From positions 58,775,105-58,839,104 of the forward strand of contig JASCQW010000162.1 of assembly GCA_030264375.1 (NCBI GenBank): 64,000 bases of DNA, given 5' to 3'. Below the pieces are notes generated by a model, which searched no databases, was not told the origin of the DNA, and saw nothing but the letters and a program-made list of their open reading frames with translations. The position numbers were made by a program, and so were the translations under genes. Within the stretch, counting starts at the first letter, position 1. Each line of letters opens with the position of its first letter. This DNA comes from Carcharhinus longimanus (taxonomy: Eukaryota). This document shows positions 12,003-25,859 of the stretch, piece after piece.

Positions 12003-13325
12003 TGATTGCATTTTAGCGACGAGTGAAATTTTCAAAATGGTTTTGCTGTTGCCTTTCCAAACAGATATGTAAACAGGAGGCAAAATTAAAGCGCCAAAGT
12101 GGGCCTTTTGTCCTATCTTATTTGCACCGGTTCTCTGAATGAACAAATCACTTACTGCCATTCTCTTATCTCTGCAACACCCATCTACCCCACAGAGCAT
12201 TTACCACTGCAGCAAATATCAAAAAGTATTGAGCCATTATTTAACTTTGGGACGACAGGTCTTCAAGCACTGGAATTGCCATTGGCAGATACTTTTTGAA
12301 ATCTACTCAATGCTCTAGTTGTCAACAGATATCTCTTGAAGCTGTACGTCCTAGAGTGCAGATTGAAAAGCTAGAATATCTCGATACCATTGAAGCAATA
12401 ATAAGGAATTTACATCCGATTCTTGTAAGAAAATGACTGAGGCTGTGACTTCATCTAATTGACTTAACAATTTCTTAGTAGGCTGGAAAATTTCCCAATC
12501 ATAGAAGAGTAAAAGTCTAAAGGTCAGCTAGTCCACTGGGACATTCTCTTAGAAGGGAAATTCCAGGACCAAACTATTGTAAGAATCAAATCCTGGCATA
12601 TTACTTTGCTAGGAGGACCCTTTTAGAAAAGCTATTAAATGTAATTAAAACGTATATGTATGGTTTTAAATTGATTTTCCATTAATGAAGCACAGCATTT
12701 TTTTTAATAGCGACTAATACTTTTGCAGTAGAAAATATATCTCCAATATGTTTTAGTCCTTTAAAATAAATTACTTACTTTCCCTTCTATGAAGTCATGT
12801 ATTCATTTTGCATTGTGTGAAGGGGAATCATTTGGGATTGGAACACATTCCCATTTCATTTCAGGCAACCATTAACAACATCAAATATTCCCAGATCAAC
12901 GTCACTTCACTAGATGCAGAATTCAGCTCCCTTTTCTTTGACCCAATTATGAACCTAAAATAACTCCTTCAGGCACTAGACTAACCTTGCTATTCTCAAC
13001 ACCAGCAATTCTCATGGCTCCACACTCATTAGCAAACAGGTTGAAATTGCCCAAACAGCTGGCTTGGTTCTGAACCAAGATGCGAAAGTGCCTTCTAACC
13101 TCCCCATTATGTGACTCAGTCCACTTATTCTTTCCTGATTTTTATCGACCTGACTTAATATGAAGCAGTTTTGAATTCATGAACTCATCATCATCAGAAC
13201 ATTGAGTGTTTCAGGCCAATCCCAGGAGTTTAAGCTAACAATCAAAAGCCAACATTCAAGTGCAATACCGAGACAAGGCTGTATTTATTAGCATGTCTGT
13301 TCTTAAAGTGAAAAACATAACTCTC

Positions 13326-13718
13326 AGGTGGCACAGTGGTTAGTACACAGCGCCAGGGACTTGGATTTGATTCTGACCTTCAGCAAGTGTCTGTTTGGAG
13401 TTTGGACATTGTTCTCATGTCTGTTGGGATTTCTCTGGATGCTCTGATTTCCTGTCTCAGCCCAAAGATGGGCAGGTCACGTCGATTAATCATACTAAAC
13501 CACACCCTGGTGTCCCAAGGTGTGCAGGTTGGGTGGATTGGCTATGCTAAATTGCCCCTTAATGTGCAAAGATGCGTAGGTTGGATAGATTAGCCATGAT
13601 AAATGCACAGGGTTGGGGGAATAGAGTGGAGGGAGGGCCTGGGTGAGATGCTCTTTTGGCGAGTCAGTGCAAACTTGATGAGTCATATAGTCTCTTTTTG
13701 CACTCTCGGGATTCTATG
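13326..13718 (+). mobile_element. HE1-type V-SINE with repeated central unit
   Basis: Head and tail as in other copies. The unit 'ccaaagatg..caggtt..gatt..ccatgctaaa' appears three times (~13462, ~13515, ~13566). Confidence 0.85.
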
Positions 13719-13796
13719 TTTCTGTAACCAAAACACATTTGAATGTGCCAGCGTTTCAGGTGTGTGCTGAACATCCTATGCCATAATTTGAAGATC

Positions 13797-14370
13797 AGGG
13801 CCACAATGTTGCATGGTTTGAGCAGACGCAAGCAATTGTGTGAGAAGATGTTGGATACGCATTCTTACATTGTTGCCCATTTGCACGATATCTTGCTTGG
13901 CGGGTCTGCTTGAGAATTGGAAGTGCATCCACTGACAATTCAACCCATTAAGGTGTCAATTAAAAAACAATTTGACATGGCCGCCCACTTTTACAGTTGG
14001 TAGATCAGTCAGTTGGCCTGGCCTTTATATCTTCACTTCAATCTTGATCCAGGTCGAGATTAAATGTCTGGGGATTGAATACTGCTCAGAGGTGTTTGAC
14101 TCTGCTGCATAGCCACAGTATGCCACATTTATTTCTTCACTTTTAATCTGAACAGGACTGCAGCTCCCTGAGACAACTCTGCCTTGAGGTAGGCCAATAA
14201 AAGTGCCAACCAGCATCCTCCCTTTTCTCGATGTCCACCCTCTTCGGCAGTGCTAAGACCTTTCTCAGTGTGTATATCTACTTAACAGGCCAAACATGGC
14301 TGGAAGCACAGAGTGCATCTACTTCTGGGCCCACTGACTGTGCGCAACCAACAAGTGCAAAATTCAGCCC
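13797..14370. mobile_element. Decayed Harbinger-like MITE
   Basis: Ends 'ggggccacaat..' / '..aaaattcagccc' resemble the gggc..aattt TIRs of other copies in the window; typical GC-richer interior. Confidence 0.4.
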
Positions 14371-15139
14371 AAGAACTAATTCAGTCCTGAGACTGCTGGT
14401 CAGCAGGAAAGGTTCAAGACAAATTCTGAAAACTATCATGAAGTGTATTAAGTTATTTCTAAAATAAATTTTGTTAAAAACATTTCAAAACAACAAATTT
14501 TTCAAGGAAAACCTTGGTACTCCAAAACAATCCAAATGATTTCATAAATGTTTCTACTCACAGCACAACAGACATTGCCCTCAATTTTAACTTGGTGGCA
14601 AACCACCCCTGCTTTGGCAGTGTGGGCCCTACGTGACGTTGAATGCTGAAACCTGTGTCCATCTGTCAGTCTGCCACCTGAAGTCAGCAAGCAGCAGCTG
14701 GCCAGTAAGTAAGAGCAGAACACCAGACAGAGACAGGTTGTCACCACAGACCTTAGGAGATAACTGGTTGCATGGTGATTTGAGTGAAACTACATTTTCT
14801 GTACACATTACATGGGAGAAATTGTGCAATTTATTACGTGATTCAAACTTTCTCTCGAGCTTGTTCTGAGGAAGTTCCCAATTTAGGCCTGTGTACAAAT
14901 TCCCCAACTGTGCCACCAACTCCTCAAATCTTTAATAAATGAAGCTATGTATTTTTGTGTTAACCAATCCCTTATGGAGGATTAGCGCCTTGATGTTTAT
15001 CTACTAAATACAGCCAAGGAAAAGAAAAACACATCATCTTCTGACCCAGTTCATTGTAAGCAGCAACCACTACAGCTTCTCTATATAGGCCTCTGAATTT
15101 TTTAGCAGTCAGGTCCTACTGGTTTATTTGGAGTCAAAG

Positions 15140-15655
15140 CATCTTTTGGGGGAAGATGGTTGCGGTTGTTTGAGGCTAATCATCTCAGTCCCAGGACTTC
15201 ACTGCAGGAGTTCCTCTGGGTAGTGTCCTAGGCCCAACCATCTCCAGCTGCTTCATCAATGACCTTTCTTCCGTCATAAGGAAATTTGAATTGTTTTCTG
15301 ATGACTGCAGTGTTCAGCTCCATTTGCAACTCCTCATAGTGGAGCAGTTCATGCCTGCAGGCAGCAAACTTGGACAACACTCAAGCTCGAGCAGGTAGCA
15401 TTCATGTTATGCAAGTGACAGGCAATAACTGTTTTCAACAAGAGAGAATCTAATGATCTCTACTTAACATTCAATGACAGTAACATTGCAGAATTCTTTA
15501 CCTTGAACATCCTGGGGTTTGTGTAGATCAGAAACTGAATAGAACAAGCCACATGCATGCAGCTACTTTAGCAGGTTAATGCCTGGGAATTCTGCTGTAA
15601 GTAACTCATTTCCTGATTCCCCAAAGCCTGTACACCATCTACAAATCAAAAAGTC
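15140..15655 (+). mobile_element. Crack/L2-like LINE RT fragment (left part, split by Rex insertion)
   Basis: 'GVPLGSVLGPTISSCFINDL' (cf. GVPQGSVLGP). Continues at 17181. Confidence 0.85.
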
Positions 15656-17173
15656 TTTGATTTGATTTGATTTATTATTGTCATATGTATTAGTATACAG
15701 TGAAAATTATTGATTCTTGTGCATTATACAAAGCATATAGTTCATAGAAAAGGAAATGAGATTGCAGAATGTATTGTTACAGTCATAGCTAAGATGTAGA
15801 GAAAGATCAACTTAATGCAAGGTAGGTCCATTCAGAAGTCTGATGAGGGCAGAGAAGAAGCTGTTCTTGAGTTGGTTGGTAGGTGACCTCAGATTTTTGT
15901 ATATTTTTCCTGACGGAAGAAGGTGGAAGATAGTATGTCTGGGATACGGGAGTCCTTAATTATGCTGGCTGCTTTGCCGAGGCAGCGGTAGCACAGACAG
16001 AGTCACTGGAAGGGAGGCTGGTTTGCATGATCAATTGGGCTACATTGCAGTTTTCTGCTGTCNNNNNNNNNNNNNNNNNNNNNNNNNNNNNNNNNNNNNN
16101 NNNNNNNNNNNNNNNNNNNNNNNNNNNNNNNNNNNNNNNNNNNNNNNNNNNNNNNNNNNNNNATGGGGGGTCCAGGACAGTTGTTGGTGATCTGAACACC
16201 TAAAAACTTGAAGCTTTCAATCCTTCCTACTTTGATCCCATTGGTGCAGACAGGGGCACGTTCTCCACTATGCTTCTTGAAGTCAATGACAATCTCCTTT
16301 GTTTGAAGGATAGATTATTGACGTCTCACCAGTTCACCAGATCCTCTATCTCATTCTTGTACTCTTTCTCGTCATTGTTTGAGAAAGTGGTGTCACCAGC
16401 AAACTTGAAAATCGAGTTGGAGGGGAATTTGGCCACACAGTTATAGGTGTATGAGTATAGTAGGGGGCTGAGAACACATTTTTGTGGGGCATTGGTGTTG
16501 AGGATGATCATGAAGGAAGCGTTGTCGCCTATCCTTACTGATTGTGGTCTGTGAGTTGGGAAGTTCAGGATCCAGTCACAGAGGGAGGAGCCGAGGCTCA
16601 AGCCACGAAGTTTTGAGATGACACTCATAGCAATAATGGTGTTGAAGGCTGAGGTGTAGTCAATAAATAGGAGTCTGACATAGATGCCTTTGTTATCTAA
16701 GTGTTCCAGGATTTAGTGCAGGGCCGGGGAAATGGCACCTGCAGTGGACCTGTTGCAGCAGTAGACGAACTGTATTGGATCCAGGCAATCTGGGAGGTTG
16801 GAATTGATTCGTGCCATGACTAAACTTTCGAAGCACTTCATAATGATGGATGTCAGAGCCACCGGACAATAGTGCTGCTTGACTTTACTTTAGTACTGGG
16901 ATGATGGTTGTCTTCTTGAAGCAGAAAGGGACCTCAGATTGTTATAAAGAGAGTTTGAAGACGTCTGCAAATATCCCCGCCAGCTGATCTGCAGAGGACC
17001 TGAATGCTCATCTGGGTACCCCATCCAGGCCAATCACTTTCCACGGGTTGACCTTTGAGAAGGCTGCTCTGACATCTGCAATGGTGACCTCAGATACAGG
17101 TTCATCTGAGGCTTCCAGGGTGCAGGGCGTGCTCACACTGACTCTTGCTCAAAATGGGCACAGAATACATTCT
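15656..17173 (-). mobile_element. Rex/Babar-clade LINE, 5'-truncated
   Basis: ORF 16326-16628 '[46 protein letters not shown]'. 3' end is AATAAA plus (TCAAA)n. Possible TSD aaaagtc (15649-15655) / aacagtc (17174-17180). Confidence 0.9.
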
Positions 17174-17180
17174 AACAGTC

Positions 17181-17675
17181 AGCAGTGTGATAGAATACTC
17201 ACTACTTTCCTAGAACACTCAAGAAGTTTGACATCATCCAGGACAAAGAAACCTGTTTGATTGGCACCCCATTCACCACCCTAAACATTCATTCCTCTAC
17301 CACCAATGCCCAGAGGCAGAGGTTTGTGCAATCTATAAGATGAACTGCAGCAACTCACCTAGGTTCTTTTGACAGCACTTTCCAAACCCACAACTCCGAC
17401 CACCTAGACCAACAAGGGCAACAGGCACATGGGAATACCTGCAAGCTTTTGTCCAAGTCACACAACATGCTGACTTAGAACTAGAGTACCATTCTTTTAC
17501 TGTCACCAGGTCAAAATTCTGGTTCTCCCTCCCTATCAGCACAATGGGGTAAGTGTACTCACATAATATGGACTACAATAGTTCAAGAAAGCAGCTCACC
17601 ACCACATTCTCAGGAGAATTAGGATGGGCAATAAATGCTGGCCTTGAAAAGATGCTCACATTCCAAGAAAAAAAG
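17181..17675 (+). mobile_element. Crack/L2-like LINE 3' end (right part)
   Basis: Resumes at 'agcagtgtgatagaatactc' where the left part stopped; has the family 3' tail. Confidence 0.85.
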
Positions 17676-19429
17676 AAAGGTGAATCAACTTCCAATTGGC
17701 ATTCCTGCCTCCTGCTCAGAAAAGCGCCATAAGATTAGAATGTACAGGAAGACAGCAGGACTACAGTGGGCAAGTTTCTGAAGCAATTTTAACTGTCAGC
17801 CAGCACTCTTTCCATCAGTGTCCATGGTTAAAATTGCAACATTATACACAACTATATAACTACAGAGAAATGTGGTGGGGACAAAGGACTTTAGATGTTT
17901 TATTTCATATTTTTTGAGGCTTCTGCTGTGTATTTATAATCATATAAAGGCAGCAGTCATTCATAAAGGTTTGGGTAAACACATTGTGGGTTTATTTATT
18001 CAGAATAGGAACAAATGAACATTTATTCACGCAGAAAACTTGAAGATACCAACAGCAGAGCTGACTGTCATGTCTTCTGCTGAAAGCAAAAGTGAAATTA
18101 CAAGCAGATCACATGACATAGTTCCTTTCAAATGATGTCATGCTATAATTCCATCATGGCATATTACAACAGCTTCTGATATATTTTGTTAAAATAATTC
18201 GAGGATGTATACTCAAATGATTAACATTTAATTCTTTCAAATCATTGCTAATTAGAATTTTCCCATGATAAACCTAAAGAGACAGTTCATGGGTATTAAA
18301 ATGCACCACAGGAGGAAATATATAGCCTGCTTCAGGATCTTGAAATGAATTCTCATCTTTTTTACTTTCCAATGTCACCTGTGGTCCCTGAAGTAAGTAT
18401 GCATAGCCTGACCCATTTCAACAAGATTCACTTCCAACTACACATACAAATTCATTGGGGAAAAATGTATGAAAGCAGCAAAGAATTCTTAAAATAGATG
18501 GCATTATGAATCACAAGCGCAGTTCACCTTTAATTAAAGTAATTGCCCATTCTTCTTAAAAACTTGTATGGAATTGACTGGTGGCCAAATTATACTGGCT
18601 GATCATTCTAGACCTTGTTAACTCATTCTCAGTTGGTCCATCTGAGCAGTTTCAAATTTTATCTAAAGTATTAACTACCCAGTAGCTTTGTTTACAAGCA
18701 AAAAACATTTAAACTGCAGGCATGAGAAATTTGTGATTGACATCGCTCAAACACGGCTGCAAGAAAACCTGATGTATCTCAGCACTTAGACCTAGGTGCC
18801 AATTATTTAGCAATGCAGGAGGCAGCAAATCACATGATCATGCATATGCTCTTGTGTAGACAGCATGCGCCCTCCAGCGTTCTGGGACACCTCAGAACAG
18901 CACAGTAAGTTTTGGTCCCAATGATGATCATTGACAGCAAACATGGAGAAGCAGTTAGCATGTGCGGATCACGAACTGATGGTTGGTAAGCATGCTTCAT
19001 GCGATTGGAAGCATACCCCAACATTATAGTCAATTCATATTGTCTCAAATTTAACACCCACAGCATAAAAGCTAGAAAAATATGACATACTGAAAGTTGC
19101 AAACAGTCGTTCGTTTAAAATTGTTTCCCAGCATGAAGATAGATGACACCTTTGTTGGCCATAGGTAGCCAGAGGTGACATTACATATTGACTATCCTCC
19201 CCTATTGCTTTTTCCAAAATATATCACCCTGATTCCCATCAAAAGGGAGCAGTCATTCTCATCAACAAGACAGTGAACTGCAATATGCTTCTTGTATCAA
19301 AAGAAGGGTGTTAAATCATTGTTTTTTTCTTAAATTACCTGTGCTAAAGTTGAATTTTACACAATGATCATTTGCAAGGGTCACTAGTGTTTACCTAAAT
19401 TAATTATTCCTTTGCATGCATTGTATTTT

Positions 19430-19965
19430 TTGTTATACGTAAGAAGTTCCCTACACAACTTCATGTTCTTCATCCTGTACTCAATTTCGTCTTTGAAATG
19501 GAACAGTCTAATGAACTCCCTTTTCCTGATGGGTAAGTTGAGAAATCTGCCAGTGAGTTCTCCACTGCTGTCGACCTCAAATCTACCTTTACTATTCAAG
19601 ATGCAAATTGTGATTCCAACAGCTCTACCCGCTATAAGATTGGCCTCATCAGCAAACTCACAAATAGGGCTGAACAAGCACCTGACGCTGAAATCAGGTA
19701 CAACGTAGCTATATGGGAGGGGGTAGGTGGAAATGTGGAGTTGGTTACAGTGAGATCAGCCATGACCTTATTGAATGGTGGAGTAGGCTCAAAGTGATGT
19801 CCAAGTGGCCATCTCCTCCTCCTAATTCGTATGTTTGTACCTTGCTGGATAATGTCTTCCCTGATCAGGTAATTGCTCCTTACGTATCATGCATACTCAT
19901 GAACGAACTGATGGCCGCCACCTCAGGACCTGAAACTTGTCCATTCTACTTCAAATTATCCTGAG
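19430..19965 (+). mobile_element. Penelope-like RT remnant with nested CR1 3' fragment (~19710-19835)
   Basis: Paralogous to 1400-1760 ('tttgaaatggaacagtctaatgaactcccttttcctgat', 'gttgagaaatc'). Confidence 0.75.
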
Positions 19966-19977
19966 AGATTAAGATAT

Positions 19978-20332
19978 TGGCAGCATGGCGGCACAACAGT
20001 TAGTACTATTGCCTCCCAGCATCGGGGACCCAGGTTTAATTACAGCCTTGGGTGACTGTGTGCATTTTGCATGTCCTTCCCATGTCTGCGTGGATTTCCT
20101 CAGGGTGCTATAGTTTCCTCCCACAGTCCAAAGATGTGCAGGTTAAGTGGATTGACCATGCTAAATTGCTCCTTAGTATGCTAAGATGTATAGCTTTGGT
20201 GGTTTAGTGAGGTAAATATATGGGTTTATGGGGATAGGGCAAGGGATAGGTCTGGGTAAGATGCTCTGGGTAAGACGATCGGTGCTGACTCGATGAGCTG
20301 AATGGCTTTCTTCTGCATTGCAGGGATTCTGA
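19978..20332 (+). mobile_element. HE1-type V-SINE
   Basis: Head, V-domain and tail motifs present. Confidence 0.9.
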
Positions 20333-20405
20333 GAGATAACTACTTCCATTACTCATTAACTTGTATTATATCAAATGGTGACCGTTCAACATAATCCTCT
20401 ACTTA

Positions 20406-20537
20406 GGGTGGGATTTTCCTGCCATGGATGCTCCAAGGCCAGAAATTCCCACCCGAGGTGAATGGATCTTTATATTGTCTGCCAAATTTTCTTTCCTACC
20501 CACTATGATTCCAGCAGTGGCTGTGAAAATTCTACCC
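20406..20537. mobile_element. Short Harbinger-like MITE
   Basis: TIRs gggtgggattttc / gaaaattctaccc flanked by tta / ata. Related copies at ~32417-32542, ~35535-35665 and ~60698-60826. Confidence 0.65.
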
Positions 20538-20679
20538 ATAGAGATTTACTGCACAGAAAGAGGCCCTTCGGCTCATTGTGTCTGGGCTGGCCATCATTTT
20601 GAGCTCCTATGGAAATTTGGGATTATTGGGGGAAAGCCAAAAAGATGGAGAGCTTTCTCAAAGGTAAAAACAGCACCAA

Positions 20680-21168
20680 AAACACAAAACATTTGGAAAT
20701 GCTCAGCAGGTCTTGCAGCATCTATGGAGAGAGGGACTGAGTTTTCATTTCAGTTCCTTGGCCTTTCATCACCAATCATGAACCTGGTTTCTCTGCAGCT
20801 GGTTCCAAACCACACAGTGGCACAATGGTTAGCGCTACTGCCTCACAGCACCAAGGACCTGCATTCGATTCCCAGCTTGAGTCACTGTCTGTGTGGAGTT
20901 TGCACATTCTCCTCTTGTCTAGGTGGGTCTCTTCCAGGTGTTCTGGTTTCCTTCCACAGTCCAAAGATGTGTGGATTAGGTAGTTTGGCCAGGGGCTAGA
21001 TAAGGTAAATGTATGGGGTTATGGGGATAGGGCCTGGGTGGGATTGTGGCTGGTGCAGACTCAATGGGCCAAATAGCCTCCTTCTGCATTGTAGGATTCT
21101 ATGACTCTATGAAATCAGCACTTCCTGTTTTTATTTCAGCTTTCTAGCGTCCACAGTATTTTGCTTGT
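20680..21168 (+). mobile_element. Penelope-type terminal-repeat element interrupted by an HE1 V-SINE (20810-21110)
   Basis: 'ggaaatgctcagcaggtcttgcagcatctatggagagag' and 'tttcagctttctagcgtccacagtattttgct' match the element at 29959-30585. A full SINE lies between them. Confidence 0.75.
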
Positions 21169-23449
21169 GTGAGAAAAATCAGTGCGAGTGTACCAATACC
21201 ATTCTCACTACACCACCTAGTGACCACAACAGCTGCAAACCTAGGCCATTCTCAACACATCACCTATTCCATAATTGATCTGAGAGCTAAACCTGAAGCA
21301 AGAAGAACACAAGCAGAAAATGAAAATCAGCTGATAGAAGGAAACAGACAATATAAATACAATTTGAGAAGAAACAAATTGCCACTGCAAAGCTATTAGC
21401 ATTCCCTGTAATAAAAAAACATAATGACTTTCAATAAATTCTGCCAAGTCAAATACCACGGAAAATCAAAATCCAGACCACAATATTAATCCACAGTCAT
21501 TTTTTTTGCTGTGCTATTAATGCAAACGACTTCCCTATTTAAATTCATTGAAATCCAGCACATGTAATGCTACAACTAGGATTCAAACAAATGTCCAAAT
21601 ATTGGTCTGTCAGCAGACTGTGAACATGAGAAGTACATTCATCCCAATGTTGTTGAACAAGCACATTGGAAAGAACACATTTGCCCCATCTGTCTGCTTA
21701 TCTAAAATAGACGAGATGTAAATTCTTCATGGACCCTTGTAAGTTTGGAGATTACTTTAATTGTGGAGGGGTGGGGGTGACTTGCAATGATTTCTCCGAG
21801 AAACAACACTGATCCAGTCATCTTCAGCTGCTTCATTCTCTCCTTCTCTCCATCAGAAGGTCAGGCATGGAACTGTCTGCCAAGAATTCCATTGGGCCCC
21901 TGGCCCCTCCCCCCACAATCCCATTGCCTGCTTCAAATTCTCTTCTAGAACTCACTATTAATGTTTTAATGCAAAAGTTTCCTGTAGAGGTAGAGAAGAT
22001 ATCAGCAGCTTGTGAATAAAATGTTAATGAGCTCTGGGATCTGATTTCGGACCAGCCTCAGGCCTTCCTGTTGGGCATACAAAGCCCATAGTGTTTTTGA
22101 AGGCATAGGGGAGATGATTGATCTTTTCGTTATTTGAGGTGATATTTTGGTGTGCATGAATATTATCAGCATAAGTTGGAATGTTGTCCAGACCCTGCTG
22201 AAGGCTACAATGGGTTGCTTTATTATTGAAGTAGTTTATGAATTGAGCTGTACATTAGAGGTCTAAACTTCCTCGGGGTAGCAATCAGAGTCAGAATGTC
22301 TACTCTTATATTTTTACCTTGGAATCTTTCCAATCCTTTCTTGTCAGACCTTCTGACTCAGGCTGGATACTGACTATGCAGAGTAGTACACTCATGAAGT
22401 CTTCTGCTGAGCACTTCAGTGTCAGACTCAAGGACGTCATGTCCTCTCTTTATGGTACCAGTTACTGTAAATCAGGTAGGCTTTAAAGTGCAGTCACTTC
22501 CAGGCCAGGGAGGTAACTAGCTAGAATTTGAGGGGGGAAGGAAGCAGGGAGGGCTCACAGACTCACAGAAGCAGTTCAGCTATTGAATGGAGAGATTGAT
22601 GGGGCAGTCAGGGGCTCGTTGGGGAGTGTTGAGCTCTTGGGCATGGTTGGCACTTAAGAGGATACCAATCTGGAAAGAGAGAAGAGTCGGCCAGTCAGTG
22701 AGAGAGGGAAGGTTGGTCAGGTCAGTCCTGGAGAGGTGGTGTTGTGTTAGGGGGTTGACAGGAGTTTCCTAGGGGGTTTGCGTGGCAACCCTGTGGGACA
22801 CAGTCAGGGGAGCATAAGATATCCCATGGTGGGTAGTCATGGGGCTGCAGGAGTGTTCTGGGAATTTGGGGTTATCATGGGTGGGGTGTCCTAGGGTGGT
22901 TGGTGTGGTTCAGTACAATAGCTACCTAGAGGCTAAAAATGGTTTTAATCCTTCTAACATTTCCTGGGTAATTATTGATGTAGGACAGCCAGAACAATTC
23001 AAAGTTGCATTTGAAATTGCATTTTTGAATGGTTCCTATTGCAAAGCATTTGCCCATTGAAAGTTTACACTTCCCAGGCAATCATCACACACACCTCACC
23101 TGGGACTCCCAGGGTGGAATCAGGAAGTGGGGTGAGGAGTGGTGAGCTCCCCAGCACATCTTTGGGTTACCTCCCAGTTATGCTGGCTTAAAGTTCAGCA
23201 GTTATGGCCCATTGTAAACCAAACACAATTTGATTCTTTTCTAGGGACCATTTTAAAACCATTCACTGACCATATCTGGAAGGAACTCTTACAAACGTAT
23301 TTTCATATTCCCTCAGTAATGACATGCATCTTTATCCTACTTACAACACCCAGCACTATTCAATGGTAATGAAGTCATATCTCACTCACTGTGAATAACC
23401 CCAGTTCAAAATGACTGAACTGAAATACTTCTAAACACCAAAAAAAATT

Positions 23450-25034
23450 GTTTTTATTCATTCATGGGACATGGATGTCAATGGCTAGCCAGCATTTATT
23501 GCCCATCCCTAGTTGCCCTTGAGAAAGTGGTGGTGAGCTACCTTCTTGAATTGCTGCAGTCCATGTTCTGTGGGTTGACCCACAATGCAGTCAGAGAGGG
23601 TATTCCAGGATTTTGACCCAGCGACCACTAAGGAACAGCAATATATTTCCAAGCCAGGATGGTGAATGGCTTGGAGGGGAACTTGCAGGTGGTGGTGTTC
23701 CCATTAATTTGTTGCCCTTGTCCTTCTGGATGGAAGTAGTCATGGGTTTGGAAGGTGCTGCCTAAGGATCTTTGGTGAACTGCTCCAGTGCATCTTGTAG
23801 ATAGTACACACTGCTGCTACTGAGCATCAGTGGTGAGGGATTGAATGTTTGTAGATGTGGTGTCAATCAAGCAGGCTGCTTTGTCCTGAATGGTGTCAAA
23901 TTTCTTGAGCTTGTATCTGCACCCATCCAGGCAAGTGGGGAGTATTCCATCACACTCCTGATTTGTGCCTTGCAGATGGTGGATAGGCTCAGGGAAGTCA
24001 GGAGGTGAATTACTCGCCGCAATATTCCTAGCCTCTGACCTACTCTTGCTTATTTGGTGAGTCCAATGGTAATCCCAACAATGTTGACAATGGGGGATTC
24101 AGTGATGGTTACACCATTGAATGTTTAAGGGGTGGTTAGTGTGTCTCTTATTGGTGATGGTCATTGCCTGGCATTATGTGGCATGTTCCTCGCCACTTGT
24201 GAGCCCAAGCCTGGATATTGTCCAGATCTTGTTGCATTTGAACAAGGACTGCTTCAGTATTTGAGGAGTCACAAATGGTGCTGAACTTGCACAATCATCA
24301 GTGAATATCCCCATTTCTGACCTTACGATGGAGGGAAGGTCATTGATGAAGCAGCTGAAGATTGTTGGGCCTAGGACACTACCCTGAGGGACTCTTGCAG
24401 AGGTGTTTGACCCTCCACAACTATCTTCCTAAGTACTAGGTACAACTTCAACCAGAGTTTGCTCCCGATACCCAATGATTTCAGTTTCACTAAGGCTCCT
24501 TGATGCCACACTTGATCGAATGTGGCCTTGATGTCACTCTCACTCACCTCTGGAATTCAGCTCTTTTGTCCATGTTTGAACCAAGACTGTAATGAGGTCA
24601 GGAGCTGAATGACCCCAGTAAAACCCAAACTGGATGTCACTGAGCTGGTTATTGTTGACTAGGTGCTGCTTGATAGCAGCATTGATAACCCTTTCCATCC
24701 CTTTACTGACGATCGAGAGTACATTGGGCAGTGATTGACTGGGTTGGATTTGTCCTGCTTTGTGTGTGCAGGACATACCTGGGCAATTTTCCACTTTGTT
24801 GGGTAGATGCCAGTGTTGTAACTGTACTGGAAGAGCTTGGCTAGGGAAGTGGCAAGTTCTGGAGCACAAGTCTTCAGTGCTATTGCTGGAATGTTATCAG
24901 GGCCCATTGCCTTTGCAGTATCCAGTGCCTCCAACCATTTCTTGATATCAAGTGGACTGAATCAAATTGGCTACAGACTGACATCTGAGATGATGTGGAC
25001 CACTGGAGGAGGCCAAGATGGATTATTCACTCAG
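23450..25034 (-). mobile_element. Crack/L2-like LINE (RT region plus 3' end)
   Basis: 'ALDTAKAMGPDNIPAIALKTCAPELA..LAKLFQYSYNTGIYPTKWKIAQVCP', 'QFGFYWGHSAPDLI'. 3' tail at ~23450-23520. Confidence 0.93.
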
Positions 25035-25659
25035 TAGAAATGGTTGAGAGCTTCAAGTTTTCAGGAGTCCAGATCACCAACAACTTGTCCTGATCCCTCC
25101 ATGCCAATGTTATAGTTAAGAAAGCCCACCAACACCTTTACTTTCTTAGAAGACTAAGCAAATTTGGTTATGACTCTCACCAAATTATATAGATGCACCA
25201 TAGAAAGCATTCTTTCTGGTTATATCACAGCTTGGTATGGTTACTGCTCTGTCCAAGACCACAAGAAACTGCAAAGGGTCGTGAACAAAGTCTAGTCCAT
25301 CATTGAAATGACCCACTCAGACTGTCTACACTTCCAGCTGCCTTGGAAAGGCAGCCAGCATAATTAAGGACCACACATACCCCAACATACTCTCTTCCAT
25401 TGGGAAAAAGATACAAAAGTCTGAGGACATGTACCAACCGACTCAAGAATATCTTCTTCCCTGCTGCCATCAGACTTCTGAATGGACCTACCTCACATTA
25501 AGTTGATCTTTCTCTACACCTAGCTATGACTGTAACACTACATTTTGCACTCTCTCCTTTCCTTCTCCATGCACTGTACGCTTTGTCTGTATAATGTGCA
25601 AGAAACAACACGTTTTACTGTGTACCAATACATGTGACAATAATAAATCAAATCAAATC
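25035..25659 (+). mobile_element. Rex/Babar LINE 3' fragment
   Basis: 'VEMVESFKFSGVQITNNLS', 'YRCTIESILSGYITAWYG'. Ends 'tgtgacaataataaatcaaatcaaat'. Confidence 0.92.
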
Positions 25660-25704
25660 CACTAGGTTCAATTCAAGCTATGTTCTTCTTATAAACTTAA
25701 ACGC

Positions 25705-25858
25705 CCCTTCAAAAAGGGTCTTTTAAGAGACTTCTGGATGAGTACATGGGACTTAGTATAATTGATGCTTATAGGTAAGCCTAGTAGATAGAGATATGAT
25801 CGGCGCAACTTGTGGGCCGAAGGGCCTGTTTGTGCTGTAGTTTTTCTATGTTCTATGT
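25705..25858 (+). mobile_element. CR1 3'-end fragment
   Basis: 'gatcggcgcaacttgtgggccgaagggcctgtttgtgctgtag..(ttctatg)n'. Confidence 0.75.
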
Positions 25859-25859
25859 T

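Noticed and set aside
20424-20999. Longest gap-free ORF (191 aa)
   Set aside because: It reads through a MITE, a CR1 tail, a fold-back arm and an HE1 SINE; a chance composite.
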